A DNA stretch of 43,209 bases, from the NCBI GenBank assembly GCA_964529655.1, contig CAZGZA010000003.1, forward strand, positions 3,655-46,863, written 5' to 3'. Positions within the stretch are counted from its first letter, which is position 1, and each line of letters opens with the position of its first letter. The notes beneath the pieces were generated by a model that saw only the letters and a program-made list of their open reading frames with translations, did no database searches and was not told the DNA's origin. Positions 7,848-15,436 of the stretch are shown in pieces. The position numbers and the translations under genes were made by a program. Source of the DNA: an uncultured Methanosarcinales archaeon (GTDB lineage Archaea; Nanobdellota; Nanobdellia; Woesearchaeales; JAGWAF01).

Positions 7848-8750
7848 ATGACAACTTCAATATTTTTACCTTTAATTTTTGCGATAATCTCCCCGTTTAT
7901 TTGGGGATTTATGAATGTGCTTGATAAATTTGTTGTGTCTTATAGAGTAAAAAATCCCCTTAGTTTTACAATTGTTGCAGGAATTGTAAACTTAGCAATA
8001 GGAATTATCTTAGCGCTCTTTCTAAATTGGTCAAACATAACTCTTAGTGATTTATTTTTCCCAGCAATTGCTGGATTAATATTTGGCTCACAATTTTTTT
8101 TATATTATCATATGCTGGGAAAAGAGGAGATATCTAATGTAATTGGATTCGTCTATGTTTACCCAATAATTGTTGCAATCTTATCTTTTTTATTTCTTAA
8201 CGAAAAATTATCTTTAGTGAGTTATATTGGTATATGTTTAATTTTATTAGGAGTAATTTTTCTTTCTGTCAAAGCGAAAAAAATTAAATTGAAAGTGTCT
8301 TTATGGATGATTGTTTCGCTTATCATTATTGTTGCCTTATACGAATTCTTTATTAAAATCGCAACAAATAACTTGCCGGAATTAAATGGCATTTCAATAA
8401 GCAGTATTTGTGTAGGGCTGGTAATACTGCCAGGATTATTTAACAAAAAGATAAGATTGGGGTTTCCAAGAGAGCTAAAAAATATTAAATGGGCGTTGCT
8501 CAATGAAAGCTTAACCTTTTTGGGAATTCTTACAACATATTTCGCAATGGCAGGTTTACCTGCAACAATTGTTTCGTCAATTGCCGCAACACAACCTTTT
8601 ACAGTATTAATCTTAGAATCTCTTGCAAACAAAATCGGGGTTAAAATAAGTATTGAAAACAATTTCAGCAAGAAAATAGTTCCAATTTTGTTGATTGTCT
8701 TAGGCGTTGTGTTGCTTTATTTACCCGAGATTATCGCTTTAATGAGATAG
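7848..8750 (+). CDS. EamA/DMT-family transporter
   Basis: About 10 hydrophobic segments in two similar halves, 300 aa, typical of the drug/metabolite transporter superfamily. Visibly more AT-rich than the core genes. Confidence 0.65.
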   Translation: MTTSIFLPLIFAIISPFIWGFMNVLDKFVVSYRVKNPLSFTIVAGIVNLAIGIILALFLNWSNITLSDLFFPAIAGLIFGSQFFLYYHMLGKEEISNVIGFVYVYPIIVAILSFLFLNEKLSLVSYIGICLILLGVIFLSVKAKKIKLKVSLWMIVSLIIIVALYEFFIKIATNNLPELNGISISSICVGLVILPGLFNKKIRLGFPRELKNIKWALLNESLTFLGILTTYFAMAGLPATIVSSIAATQPFTVLILESLANKIGVKISIENNFSKKIVPILLIVLGVVLLYLPEIIALMR

Positions 8751-8897
8751 CAAGGTGCCCAACTAAAAACTGATGGTTTCCCACCATCCGCAAATTCCAA
8801 ATTAACTCTGCGGTGCTCACTTCGTTCGAGCCACGCTGCGCTCTCACTCCATTTTTATGTCCTACGGGACTAAAAATTCCGTTCGTGTCGAAAAACA

Positions 8898-9035
8898 GCG
8901 ATTTAACGGAAAATTCTGTCGCTAAAGCTAAATCGCCAAGCGATTTCCAGAATTTTCCCAAATTGATTTTTCGAGGAAAAAATTGTGGGTTGTCTCAATT
9001 TTTTCAGCTCTGAAAAATCAACTTCGTTAAATCGC
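8898..9035. other. nested palindromic element / candidate structured RNA (three-helix junction)
   Basis: P1 is gcgatttaacg (8898-8908) with cgttaaatcgc (9025-9035), 11 bp perfect. P2 is ggaaaattctg (8908-8918) with cagaattttcc (8948-8958), 11 bp, enclosing aaatcgc-caa-gcgattt (8930-8946). P3 is ttgatttttc (8963-8972) with gaaaaatcaa (9012-9021), 10 bp, continued by gaaaaaattg (8976-8985) with caattttttc (8996-9005), 10 bp. Confidence 0.6.
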
Positions 9036-9188
9036 ATATGTTAAAATCAATTATTACTTGGGGCACACACGAACTAAAATTATAAAAAACGGAAGGGGGC
9101 ACACTCACGATTGGGCTACGCCCTTGGCGATTTATTTGATGGAATCAGGGGCAAAACTATAGAAACCGAAATGGGATAAAATAATATT

Positions 9189-9461
9189 TTATCTCAATCT
9201 TTTATTGATGCTTTTTCTATTGCTTCTAACATTTGCAACTACTCTATTATAACTCGTTCCAACAGGTACTATGGTTACTGTCTTTCCACCAATTAGTTCT
9301 CTTAATCTATTTGTAGCTTTTTTACCGCCAAACTGATACTTTTCTGGTGCATTTATTCCAGCTAACCGAACTACATTTGTTTTCCCAATTTTCCTACCAA
9401 CAATGAAAGTGTCTCCATCTATAATCTGCTTAACTTTTCGTCTTATTACCATATCAAGCAC
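9189..9461 (-). CDS. miniature staphylococcal-nuclease (SNase/thermonuclease)-like protein
   Basis: IDGDTFIV...VRLAGINAPE...YNRVVANV follows the SNase pattern DGDT...vRL.GIDAPE...YgR.la.V. Only 90 aa, and the usual GID reads GIN. Confidence 0.55.
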   Translation of the reverse strand: MLDMVIRRKVKQIIDGDTFIVGRKIGKTNVVRLAGINAPEKYQFGGKKATNRLRELIGGKTVTIVPVGTSYNRVVANVRSNRKSINKRLR

Positions 9462-9891
9462 CTCCTAATATTTTTTTTGCAATATCCATATTGCCTACAA
9501 AAATTCTTGCTAAAAGATAATTACTCTCTTTACAAGTATTAGGGTTCTCACACAAAGATTCTTCTGAATTTTCTTCTACAACTAACCTTAAACATTCTTT
9601 AAAGTCATTCAAAAATAATTTAACTCTTGAATTCTCTTTATTTAGTAGATATAATTGGGTTTTACCAACTATTCTAGATTTTTTTAAATATCCTTTTTTT
9701 TCGAATTCTCCAATTATCTCATAAGCTTTAGGTTTTGAGATTTGAAGTTCCTTTGCCATATCTCCAACCGCAAAATCTAAGTCCACATTCTCCATCAAGT
9801 ATTCAAGAATGCGATTTGGTATGGTGTTACCATAGGTTTCACAAAATGCTCCAATTTCATTCATTCGTTCATTCATTTTCATCAACTCCAA
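9454..9891 (-). CDS. winged helix-turn-helix transcriptional regulator (TrmB/MarR-like)
   Basis: FAVGDMAKELQISKPKAYEIIGEFEKKGYLKKSRIVGKTQLYLLN is a classic HTH plus wing. It overlaps the downstream nuclease-like gene by 8 nt. Confidence 0.6.
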   Translation of the reverse strand: MELMKMNERMNEIGAFCETYGNTIPNRILEYLMENVDLDFAVGDMAKELQISKPKAYEIIGEFEKKGYLKKSRIVGKTQLYLLNKENSRVKLFLNDFKECLRLVVEENSEESLCENPNTCKESNYLLARIFVGNMDIAKKILGGA

Positions 9892-9897
9892 TCATTC

Positions 9898-10161
9898 TTA
9901 TCTAATAATCTCATACAGTTCTTTCAACTTTCTGGGGTTAAGACTGATATGCCAATCAGATCCTTTCCCGGTTCTTTTCTTAATCTTCAATATCCATTGA
10001 TTATTAATTGCATCACGATATTCTCTCTCAAATTCTTTATATTCTTCTTTTTGTAGCCATTTTGTTTTAGAGCTAATCATCTTTTCTTGGGGAGTGTGTT
10101 TCCCACCAATGATTCTCTTGTTTAGCATTAGACTGATTATTGCTTTTAAAGAGGGATTCAT
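9898..10161 (-). CDS. small hypothetical protein (IIGGKHT...ISLNP motifs, possibly wH-like)
   Basis: ORF of 87 aa, 6 nt upstream of the wHTH gene on the same strand. The motifs recall a small archaeal protein family that I cannot name with certainty. Confidence 0.4.
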   Translation of the reverse strand: MNPSLKAIISLMLNKRIIGGKHTPQEKMISSKTKWLQKEEYKEFEREYRDAINNQWILKIKKRTGKGSDWHISLNPRKLKELYEIIR

Positions 10162-10415
10162 GCATAAACTCTCTGCTAATACTAGTTTCTTATGGTTAAT
10201 TTTTATTAACTAACAGTTAATAATTGCTTATTATATATAAATCTTCCGGTCAAAAAACTCTGTAGAAAAGTTAAATAACCCGGCAATCTAATGGCTGCTG
10301 GGTGGGAGTGCACCCCCCATGAAAAGAAAAAAGAAAGACTGTTTATTATAGGTTTGCAGAGCAATTGCTCAAAACATTAAGAAACAGTTGTTATATTGGT
10401 TAATTGTATTAAGTT

Positions 10416-11261
10416 CTAGTTCAGCGCATTCAGCCGTTTTATCCGCTCCTCAACATGCGGATGTGTGCTGAATAATGTAAATAATCCTTTTGCAGAAAAA
10501 GGATTTACTATAAATAAGGATGCTGTTGTCTTTGTCCCGAAACCTAATGGACTGGAAAGCGCGTTTTTATGCAGCTTTGCAAGCGCAGTTGCTAATGCCC
10601 TGCCATTTTTGATAAGCTTGGCTCCTGTTTCATCAGCTAAATATTCTCTGCTTCTTGATATTGCCAGCTGGATTATAAGTGCAATGAGTGGAGTCAATAT
10701 TACAAGAGCCAGCAATTCAATGCCATTTTCTCTGTTATTTCTATCGCCTCCTACAATTGCACTAAACCTCATAATATAAGCCAGCCAGGATATTATTCCA
10801 GCTATTGTTGCAGCAATTGTTGCAATAAGAGTATCCCTGTTTTTGATGTGGCTGATTTCATGGGCAACCACTCCCTTTAATTCGTCTTTAGTCAGCAATT
10901 CCATTAAGCCCTGTGTGCAGGCGATTGATGCGTGTTGAGGGTTTCTCCCGGTTGCAAACGCATTTGCTTGGCTGATGGGGAGGATGTACACTTTTGGTGT
11001 TGGTATCTTTGCTTCCTGAACAATTTCATCAACAATATCATAAAGCTTTTTGTGCTCGTGCCTGTCAGCCGGCTTGGCGCCGTACATTCTTAATATTAGC
11101 TTGTCACTAAACCAGTAGGTGCCAAAATTTATTGCAATCGATAAAAGCAGGCTAATATAAAACCCATTAACGCCTCCGAACAATCTACCAAGATATAGTA
11201 AAATTCCCGTGAGTATTCCGAGTAAAATCACTGTTTTGATTTGGTTTTGTACTTTTATCAT
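10416..11261 (-). CDS. htpX: HtpX-type membrane zinc metalloprotease (peptidase M48)
   Basis: HEISHIKNRD zinc motif, four hydrophobic segments, SREYLADETGA glutamate block and C-terminal STHPHVEERI. Confidence 0.9.
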   Translation of the reverse strand: MIKVQNQIKTVILLGILTGILLYLGRLFGGVNGFYISLLLSIAINFGTYWFSDKLILRMYGAKPADRHEHKKLYDIVDEIVQEAKIPTPKVYILPISQANAFATGRNPQHASIACTQGLMELLTKDELKGVVAHEISHIKNRDTLIATIAATIAGIISWLAYIMRFSAIVGGDRNNRENGIELLALVILTPLIALIIQLAISRSREYLADETGAKLIKNGRALATALAKLHKNALSSPLGFGTKTTASLFIVNPFSAKGLFTLFSTHPHVEERIKRLNALN

Positions 11262-11295
11262 CCTAAAGAGTTATAGTAAAGGGTTGTTTAAATAA

Positions 11296-11655
11296 TTAGC
11301 GGCTTCTTCTGTTAATATAATTTATAATTCCCTCAATCTGCCTTAACTTTGTATGTTTATATAGGAAATGCCTTAGCTCATTATTTATTTTAGCTCCTTT
11401 TTGGCTTAGCTCTGAATTGAGTTTTGCATAGAGTTTTTTTCCCTCACTGTCAAGGTCTGTTAATATCAAACATTCATTATTTTTATCAAGCCGCTCTATA
11501 AATTCCTCTGCAGCTGCGGCCAGGGATTTTTTTAGAGTGTAAATCCTTTTGAACCCTAGCTGCTGTAAGGCTTTTCTGTCTTTTGCGCCCTCTGCAATAA
11601 TAGGAGTATTGCTATATTTCTCAGCTAATCTCATTAATTCTTTGATAGTGTCCAT
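11296..11655 (-). CDS. small Toprim-domain protein (small primase-like / RNase M5-like)
   Basis: Toprim glutamate block IIAEGAKDRKAL and DxD block ILTDLDSEGKKL in a 119-aa protein. Confidence 0.75.
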   Translation of the reverse strand: MDTIKELMRLAEKYSNTPIIAEGAKDRKALQQLGFKRIYTLKKSLAAAAEEFIERLDKNNECLILTDLDSEGKKLYAKLNSELSQKGAKINNELRHFLYKHTKLRQIEGIINYINRRSR

Positions 11656-11662
11656 GCTATAA

Positions 11663-11703
11663 CGGCAGACATAAATAATAACCCAGATAGTTTATGTCTG
11701 CCG
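11663..11703. repeat. perfect 13-bp hairpin in the Toprim/primase divergent spacer
   Basis: cggcagacataaa (11663-11675) pairs with tttatgtctgccg (11691-11703), with a 15-nt loop. Confidence 0.7.
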
Positions 11704-11706
11704 AAT

Positions 11707-11750
11707 ATAGTAACGGAAAGTTAGGTATAAAAATTAATGTCCGTTACTAT
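11707..11750. repeat. perfect 11-bp hairpin in the Toprim/primase divergent spacer
   Basis: atagtaacgga (11707-11717) pairs with tccgttactat (11740-11750). The 22-nt loop contains tataaaaatt. Confidence 0.7.
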
Positions 11751-11794
11751 AAAAGCATAAATTAAATATACATTAAATGATTTCTAGATGATTA

Positions 11795-13096
11795 ATGATT
11801 CCAATTAGCACTATTCTTAAGCATTACAAAAGAAGGGATATTCAGAATGCTATGGTCAGCCATGCGCTGGACAAAGAGGTTGCGGTGAAGTATGGTGATG
11901 GTGGTTTTGGCAAAAGGCCGGATATACTCCAGCATCCCTCTGATGTTCTTGAGCTTGCAAAGAATGGCGCTTCTTCATTTCACTGTTCGGAGGAGCTCTG
12001 GGAAAATCCGCTCTCTTTGGATACTGATATGAAAAAAGCAGATGTTAATCGCCTCAGAAAGGGGTGGGACCTTATTCTTGATATTGACTGCAAGGTGCTG
12101 GATTATTCTACAATCGCCGCGGATCTGCTGGTAAAAGCGCTTAAGCATTTTGAAATTGGCTGTGTCTGTGTAAAATTTTCAGGAAATCATGGGTTTCATA
12201 TTGGGATCCCATTTGAGGCATTTCCAGAAAAGGTTCATAGTATTTACATAAAGGAGCAGTTTCCGGATGGCCCGAAAAAGATTGCTTTGTTTCTGGCAAA
12301 GATGATAAAGGAGCGCCTCGCAGAAAAGCTGCTTGGCTTTGATACTATTGATATTATTGCCGCAAAGTCGGGCAGGAGTTTCAGCGATATTGTTAAGGAT
12401 GGCAGGTTTGACCCGTTCGAAGTGCTGGCTATTGATACAATTCTTATTGCTCCAAGGCATTTGTATAGAATGCCCTATTGCCTGAATGAAAAAAGCGGGT
12501 TGGTAAGCATTCCAATCAACCCCGATAGGATTCTGGAGTTTGATAAAGCCTCAGCCATTCCTGAAAAAGTGCGTGTTAATGAGTTTGTTTTTCTTGATAG
12601 GGCAAAGGTTTGCCCTGGGGAGGCAAAAAATCTTATTATGCAGGCATTTGATGCGAATGTTGAGGATTTAGAAAGAAGTGAGTCAGAGCATAAGCCAACG
12701 TATACAAAAAGTTTTGAGGCTCCAAAGATTGCCCTTGCAGAGGATTATTTTCCGCCCTGCATAAAAAAAATATTGGCAGGCCTTGAGGATGGCAAGAAGC
12801 GAAGCTTGTTTATCCTCATTAATTTTCTTACAAATGTTGGCTGGGATTATGAGAAGATAGGGGCTCTTTTAGGGGAGTGGAACAAGCGCAACAAGGAGGA
12901 GTTAAGGGAAGTCATCCTGAAGGGCCAGCTTAACTATCATCAAAAGAGCAATAAGAGGGTTCTTCCCCCAAACTGCGCGGCAAAGCAGTACTATCAGGAT
13001 ATACATATCTGTATTCCTGACGGACTGTGCTCTAAAATTAAGAATCCTGTTAATTATGCGCTGATTAAAGCAAGGAAGCGCAGCGAGAAATTTTAG
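11795..13096 (+). CDS. archaeo-eukaryotic DNA primase, PriS catalytic domain fused to a PriL-like Fe-S C-terminal domain
   Basis: AEP motifs LILDIDC (DxD), FSGNHGFHI (SGxxGxH) and RHLYRMPYCLNEKSG. The C-terminal third has FPPCIKKIL...KRSLFILINFL...LPPNC...ICIPDGLCS, which resembles the PriL C-terminal four-cysteine domain. Confidence 0.8.
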   Translation: MIPISTILKHYKRRDIQNAMVSHALDKEVAVKYGDGGFGKRPDILQHPSDVLELAKNGASSFHCSEELWENPLSLDTDMKKADVNRLRKGWDLILDIDCKVLDYSTIAADLLVKALKHFEIGCVCVKFSGNHGFHIGIPFEAFPEKVHSIYIKEQFPDGPKKIALFLAKMIKERLAEKLLGFDTIDIIAAKSGRSFSDIVKDGRFDPFEVLAIDTILIAPRHLYRMPYCLNEKSGLVSIPINPDRILEFDKASAIPEKVRVNEFVFLDRAKVCPGEAKNLIMQAFDANVEDLERSESEHKPTYTKSFEAPKIALAEDYFPPCIKKILAGLEDGKKRSLFILINFLTNVGWDYEKIGALLGEWNKRNKEELREVILKGQLNYHQKSNKRVLPPNCAAKQYYQDIHICIPDGLCSKIKNPVNYALIKARKRSEKF

Positions 13097-13254
13097 TGAA
13101 CCAATTTCCAAAATCTTTATAAACGCATAATGTTTTTCTTCCTGAATATTAGAGTTTGGCCTGAAAAGAAGTTTTTCTTTTTTTCTGGAAAAGCTTCAGC
13201 AAAAGGCAGTTTGCATCAGCCTAAAAAGGATAAGGCTTAACTTTAAACTTTAAA

Positions 13255-14220
13255 ATGCCAACAACACGAAGTCCGAAATGCGGGAGTATGCAATTTTGGC
13301 ATAGGCGCAGGGCTAGGCGAATGTATCCTCTTGTCAGGTCTTGGGCAAAGACAAATGAGGCTAAATTATTGGGCTTTGGCGGTTACAAAGCAGGAATGCT
13401 CCATGCAATGGTGGTGGATAACAGGACAAACTCCACGACAAAGGGTGAGAGCATTTCTATTCCGGTAACAGTTTTTGAGTGTCCTCCTCTCAAAGTGCTT
13501 TCTATGCGTTTTTATAAAAAGACTCCTTATGGCTTAAAGGCATCAGATTCTTTTTATGCGCCGAATCTTGACAAGGACTTGGCTAGAAAGATTAGGCTTC
13601 CAAAGAAAACAACAAAAACTCCGGAAAATATTGACTTAGGAAAATATTATGATATCACTGTTCAGCTTTACACATGCCCTAGAGCTAGTGGGCTGAAGAA
13701 AAAGCCTGAAATTTTTGAGGTCGCCTGCGGTGGCGCATCTATTAAAGATAAGTTTGATTTTGCTAAGTCGCTCCTTAATCGGGAGATAAAGGTAAGTGAG
13801 GTTTTCAAGGCAGGGGAGCAGGTTGACACGCATGGCGTTTCCAAAGGCAAGGGCTATCAGGGTCCTGTCAGAAGGTTTGGTATCAGCATTAGGTCTCACA
13901 AGTCCGAGAAAACCAAGCGTGGTCCAGGCAGCTTAGGTGCATGGACGGGTAATAGAAGCTGGACAGTTTCTCATGCCGGACAGATGGGTTTCCATACAAG
14001 GACAGAATTTAATAAGCAGCTTATAATGGTTGGCAGTAATCCGGAGTTTGTTAATCCAGCTGGAGGGTTTGTTCGATATGGAAAGGTAAAAAATGATTTT
14101 GTTTTGTTTAAGGGTTCGGTTATCGGGCCGGCAAAGCGCTTTGTAAGGTTTAATCATACAATAAGGTCAAACAGGAAGTTTTCGAAAGAGGCGCCGTTGA
14201 TTGAGGTTCTTGTAAAATGA
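13255..14220 (+). CDS. rpl3: ribosomal protein uL3
   Basis: GFGGYKAGMLHAMVVDN...VTVFECPP...GVSKGKGYQGPVRRFG. First gene of the conserved archaeal L3-L4-L23-L2 order. Confidence 0.95.
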   Translation: MPTTRSPKCGSMQFWHRRRARRMYPLVRSWAKTNEAKLLGFGGYKAGMLHAMVVDNRTNSTTKGESISIPVTVFECPPLKVLSMRFYKKTPYGLKASDSFYAPNLDKDLARKIRLPKKTTKTPENIDLGKYYDITVQLYTCPRASGLKKKPEIFEVACGGASIKDKFDFAKSLLNREIKVSEVFKAGEQVDTHGVSKGKGYQGPVRRFGISIRSHKSEKTKRGPGSLGAWTGNRSWTVSHAGQMGFHTRTEFNKQLIMVGSNPEFVNPAGGFVRYGKVKNDFVLFKGSVIGPAKRFVRFNHTIRSNRKFSKEAPLIEVLVK

Positions 14221-15029
14221 AGGAGCTCAAGGTGTTATCGCTAGAAAACAGGGAGATTAAAAAGACTATTTTGCCTATACAATTTTCAGAGCCTATTCGG
14301 CTTAATCTTATTCAGAGAGCTGTTGATTCATTACAAAGTATTAAAAGAAAAAGGTATGGTGCCAGCCCAGGGGCTGGGAAGCGCGCTGCAGCAAAGCTGT
14401 CGAGGAGAAGACGGGAATACAAAGGTTCGTATGGATTAGGTATTTCAAGAGTGCCAAGAAAAATCATGTCAAGAAATGGGACAAGAATGGCATGGGTAGG
14501 AGCTTTTGCGCCTGGCATGGTGGGAGGTAGGCGTGCTCATCCTCCTAAAGCCGAAAAAATCTGGAATAAGGAGATAAACAAAAAAGAGCGAAGAAAGGCG
14601 ATTAGGAGTGCTCTTGCAGCAACGCTTGATAAAGAATCAGTCATAAAGCGCGGCCATGCACCTCCTGAAAGTTATCCGTTTATTATTACATCAGCAATAG
14701 AGAATATTGACAAAACGCAGGCTGTGTTGGGTGCACTGAATAATCTTGGCTTTAGCGCAGAGTTTGAGAGAACAAAATATAAAAAGATTCGCGCAGGCAG
14801 AGGCAAATCAAGAGGCAGAAAGTATAAACGAAAAAAGGGGTTGCTTCTTGTTGTTTCAGCAGAGTGCAGTCTAGTAAGGGCTGCAAGAAATATTCCGGGT
14901 GTGGATATTATTCCTGTTAAGCATATTAATGCTGAGTTTCTGGCTCCTGGAGGGGTGCCTGGCAGGCTTACCTTGTTTACTGATAATGCAATCAATCTTT
15001 TAGAGAAGGAAAAGCTGTTTTTAGGATAA
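14217..15029 (+). CDS. rpl4: ribosomal protein uL4
   Basis: ATGA overlap with the rpl3 stop. GAGKRAAAKLSRRRREYKGSYGLGISRVPR and RAGRGKSRGRKYKRKKGLLLVV. Confidence 0.95.
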   Translation: MKELKVLSLENREIKKTILPIQFSEPIRLNLIQRAVDSLQSIKRKRYGASPGAGKRAAAKLSRRRREYKGSYGLGISRVPRKIMSRNGTRMAWVGAFAPGMVGGRRAHPPKAEKIWNKEINKKERRKAIRSALAATLDKESVIKRGHAPPESYPFIITSAIENIDKTQAVLGALNNLGFSAEFERTKYKKIRAGRGKSRGRKYKRKKGLLLVVSAECSLVRAARNIPGVDIIPVKHINAEFLAPGGVPGRLTLFTDNAINLLEKEKLFLG

Positions 15030-15033
15030 AACA

Positions 15034-15342
15034 ATGAAAATTCAAAAACGATCCAGAAGTAAAAAAGAACCAGAACAGAAATTTGACCCTTATAAGATTA
15101 TTAAATATCCCCTGAATACTGAAAAATCAATTAGGATGATGGAGTCAGAGAACAAGCTTTTGTTTGTTGTTGACAGAAACGCAACAAAAAAGGATGTTAA
15201 AAAAGCGGTTGAAGCTTTATTCAAGGCAAAGGTTGCCAGTGTTAATACAATGATTAAGTTGGATAATACAAAAAAGGCGTTTGTTAAGTTTAAGCCTGAA
15301 ACATTGGCGATTGATATAGCAACAAACCTGGGATTAATGTAA
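15034..15342 (+). CDS. rpl23: ribosomal protein uL23
   Basis: KYPLNTEKSIRMMESENKLLFVVDRNATKKDVKKAVEALF, plus position in the operon. Confidence 0.95.
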   Translation: MKIQKRSRSKKEPEQKFDPYKIIKYPLNTEKSIRMMESENKLLFVVDRNATKKDVKKAVEALFKAKVASVNTMIKLDNTKKAFVKFKPETLAIDIATNLGLM

Positions 15343-15345
15343 TGG

Positions 15346-15433
15346 CAAATCGCACAAATTTTGAAACAATTATTTCGCGATTTGCTATTTGATAAATCTC
15401 ACAATTTGTTCATAAATTAATAAGATTTATTAT
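15346..15433 (+). repeat. ~88-bp double-hairpin intergenic repeat, copy 2 (fills the L23-L2 spacer)
   Basis: See copy 1 (5848-5935). It starts 4 nt after the rpl23 stop and ends 3 nt before the rpl2 ATG. Confidence 0.85.
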
Positions 15434-15436
15434 AAG

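Noticed and set aside
8820-8832. T-loop-like cttcgttcgagcc suggesting a tRNA
   Set aside because: No matching T-stem, acceptor stem or anticodon arm could be built on either strand. I found no convincing tRNA anywhere in the window by eye, but a tRNAscan-type search should confirm this.
8731-9013. Overlapping small ORFs 8731..8961 (minus) and 8813..9013 (plus)
   Set aside because: Both run through the nested palindromes. There are no start-context or family signals, and they are mutually exclusive. I treated the region as non-coding.
9091-10320. Weak inverted repeat (gggggcacactcac at about 9096 and gggagtgcacccccc at about 10303) flanking the three-gene operon
   Set aside because: Only about 12 of 16 positions match after reverse complementing. 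That is too weak to call terminal inverted repeats without statistics.
10359-10370. Perfect 12-bp palindrome gagcaattgctc downstream of htpX
   Set aside because: A single short loop-less palindrome with no second copy seen. It may be a binding site, but there is not enough evidence for a call.
11656-11794. Replication origin between the divergent Toprim and primase genes
   Set aside because: I recognised no repeated ORB-like boxes and no adjacent orc1/cdc6. The hairpins alone do not define an origin.
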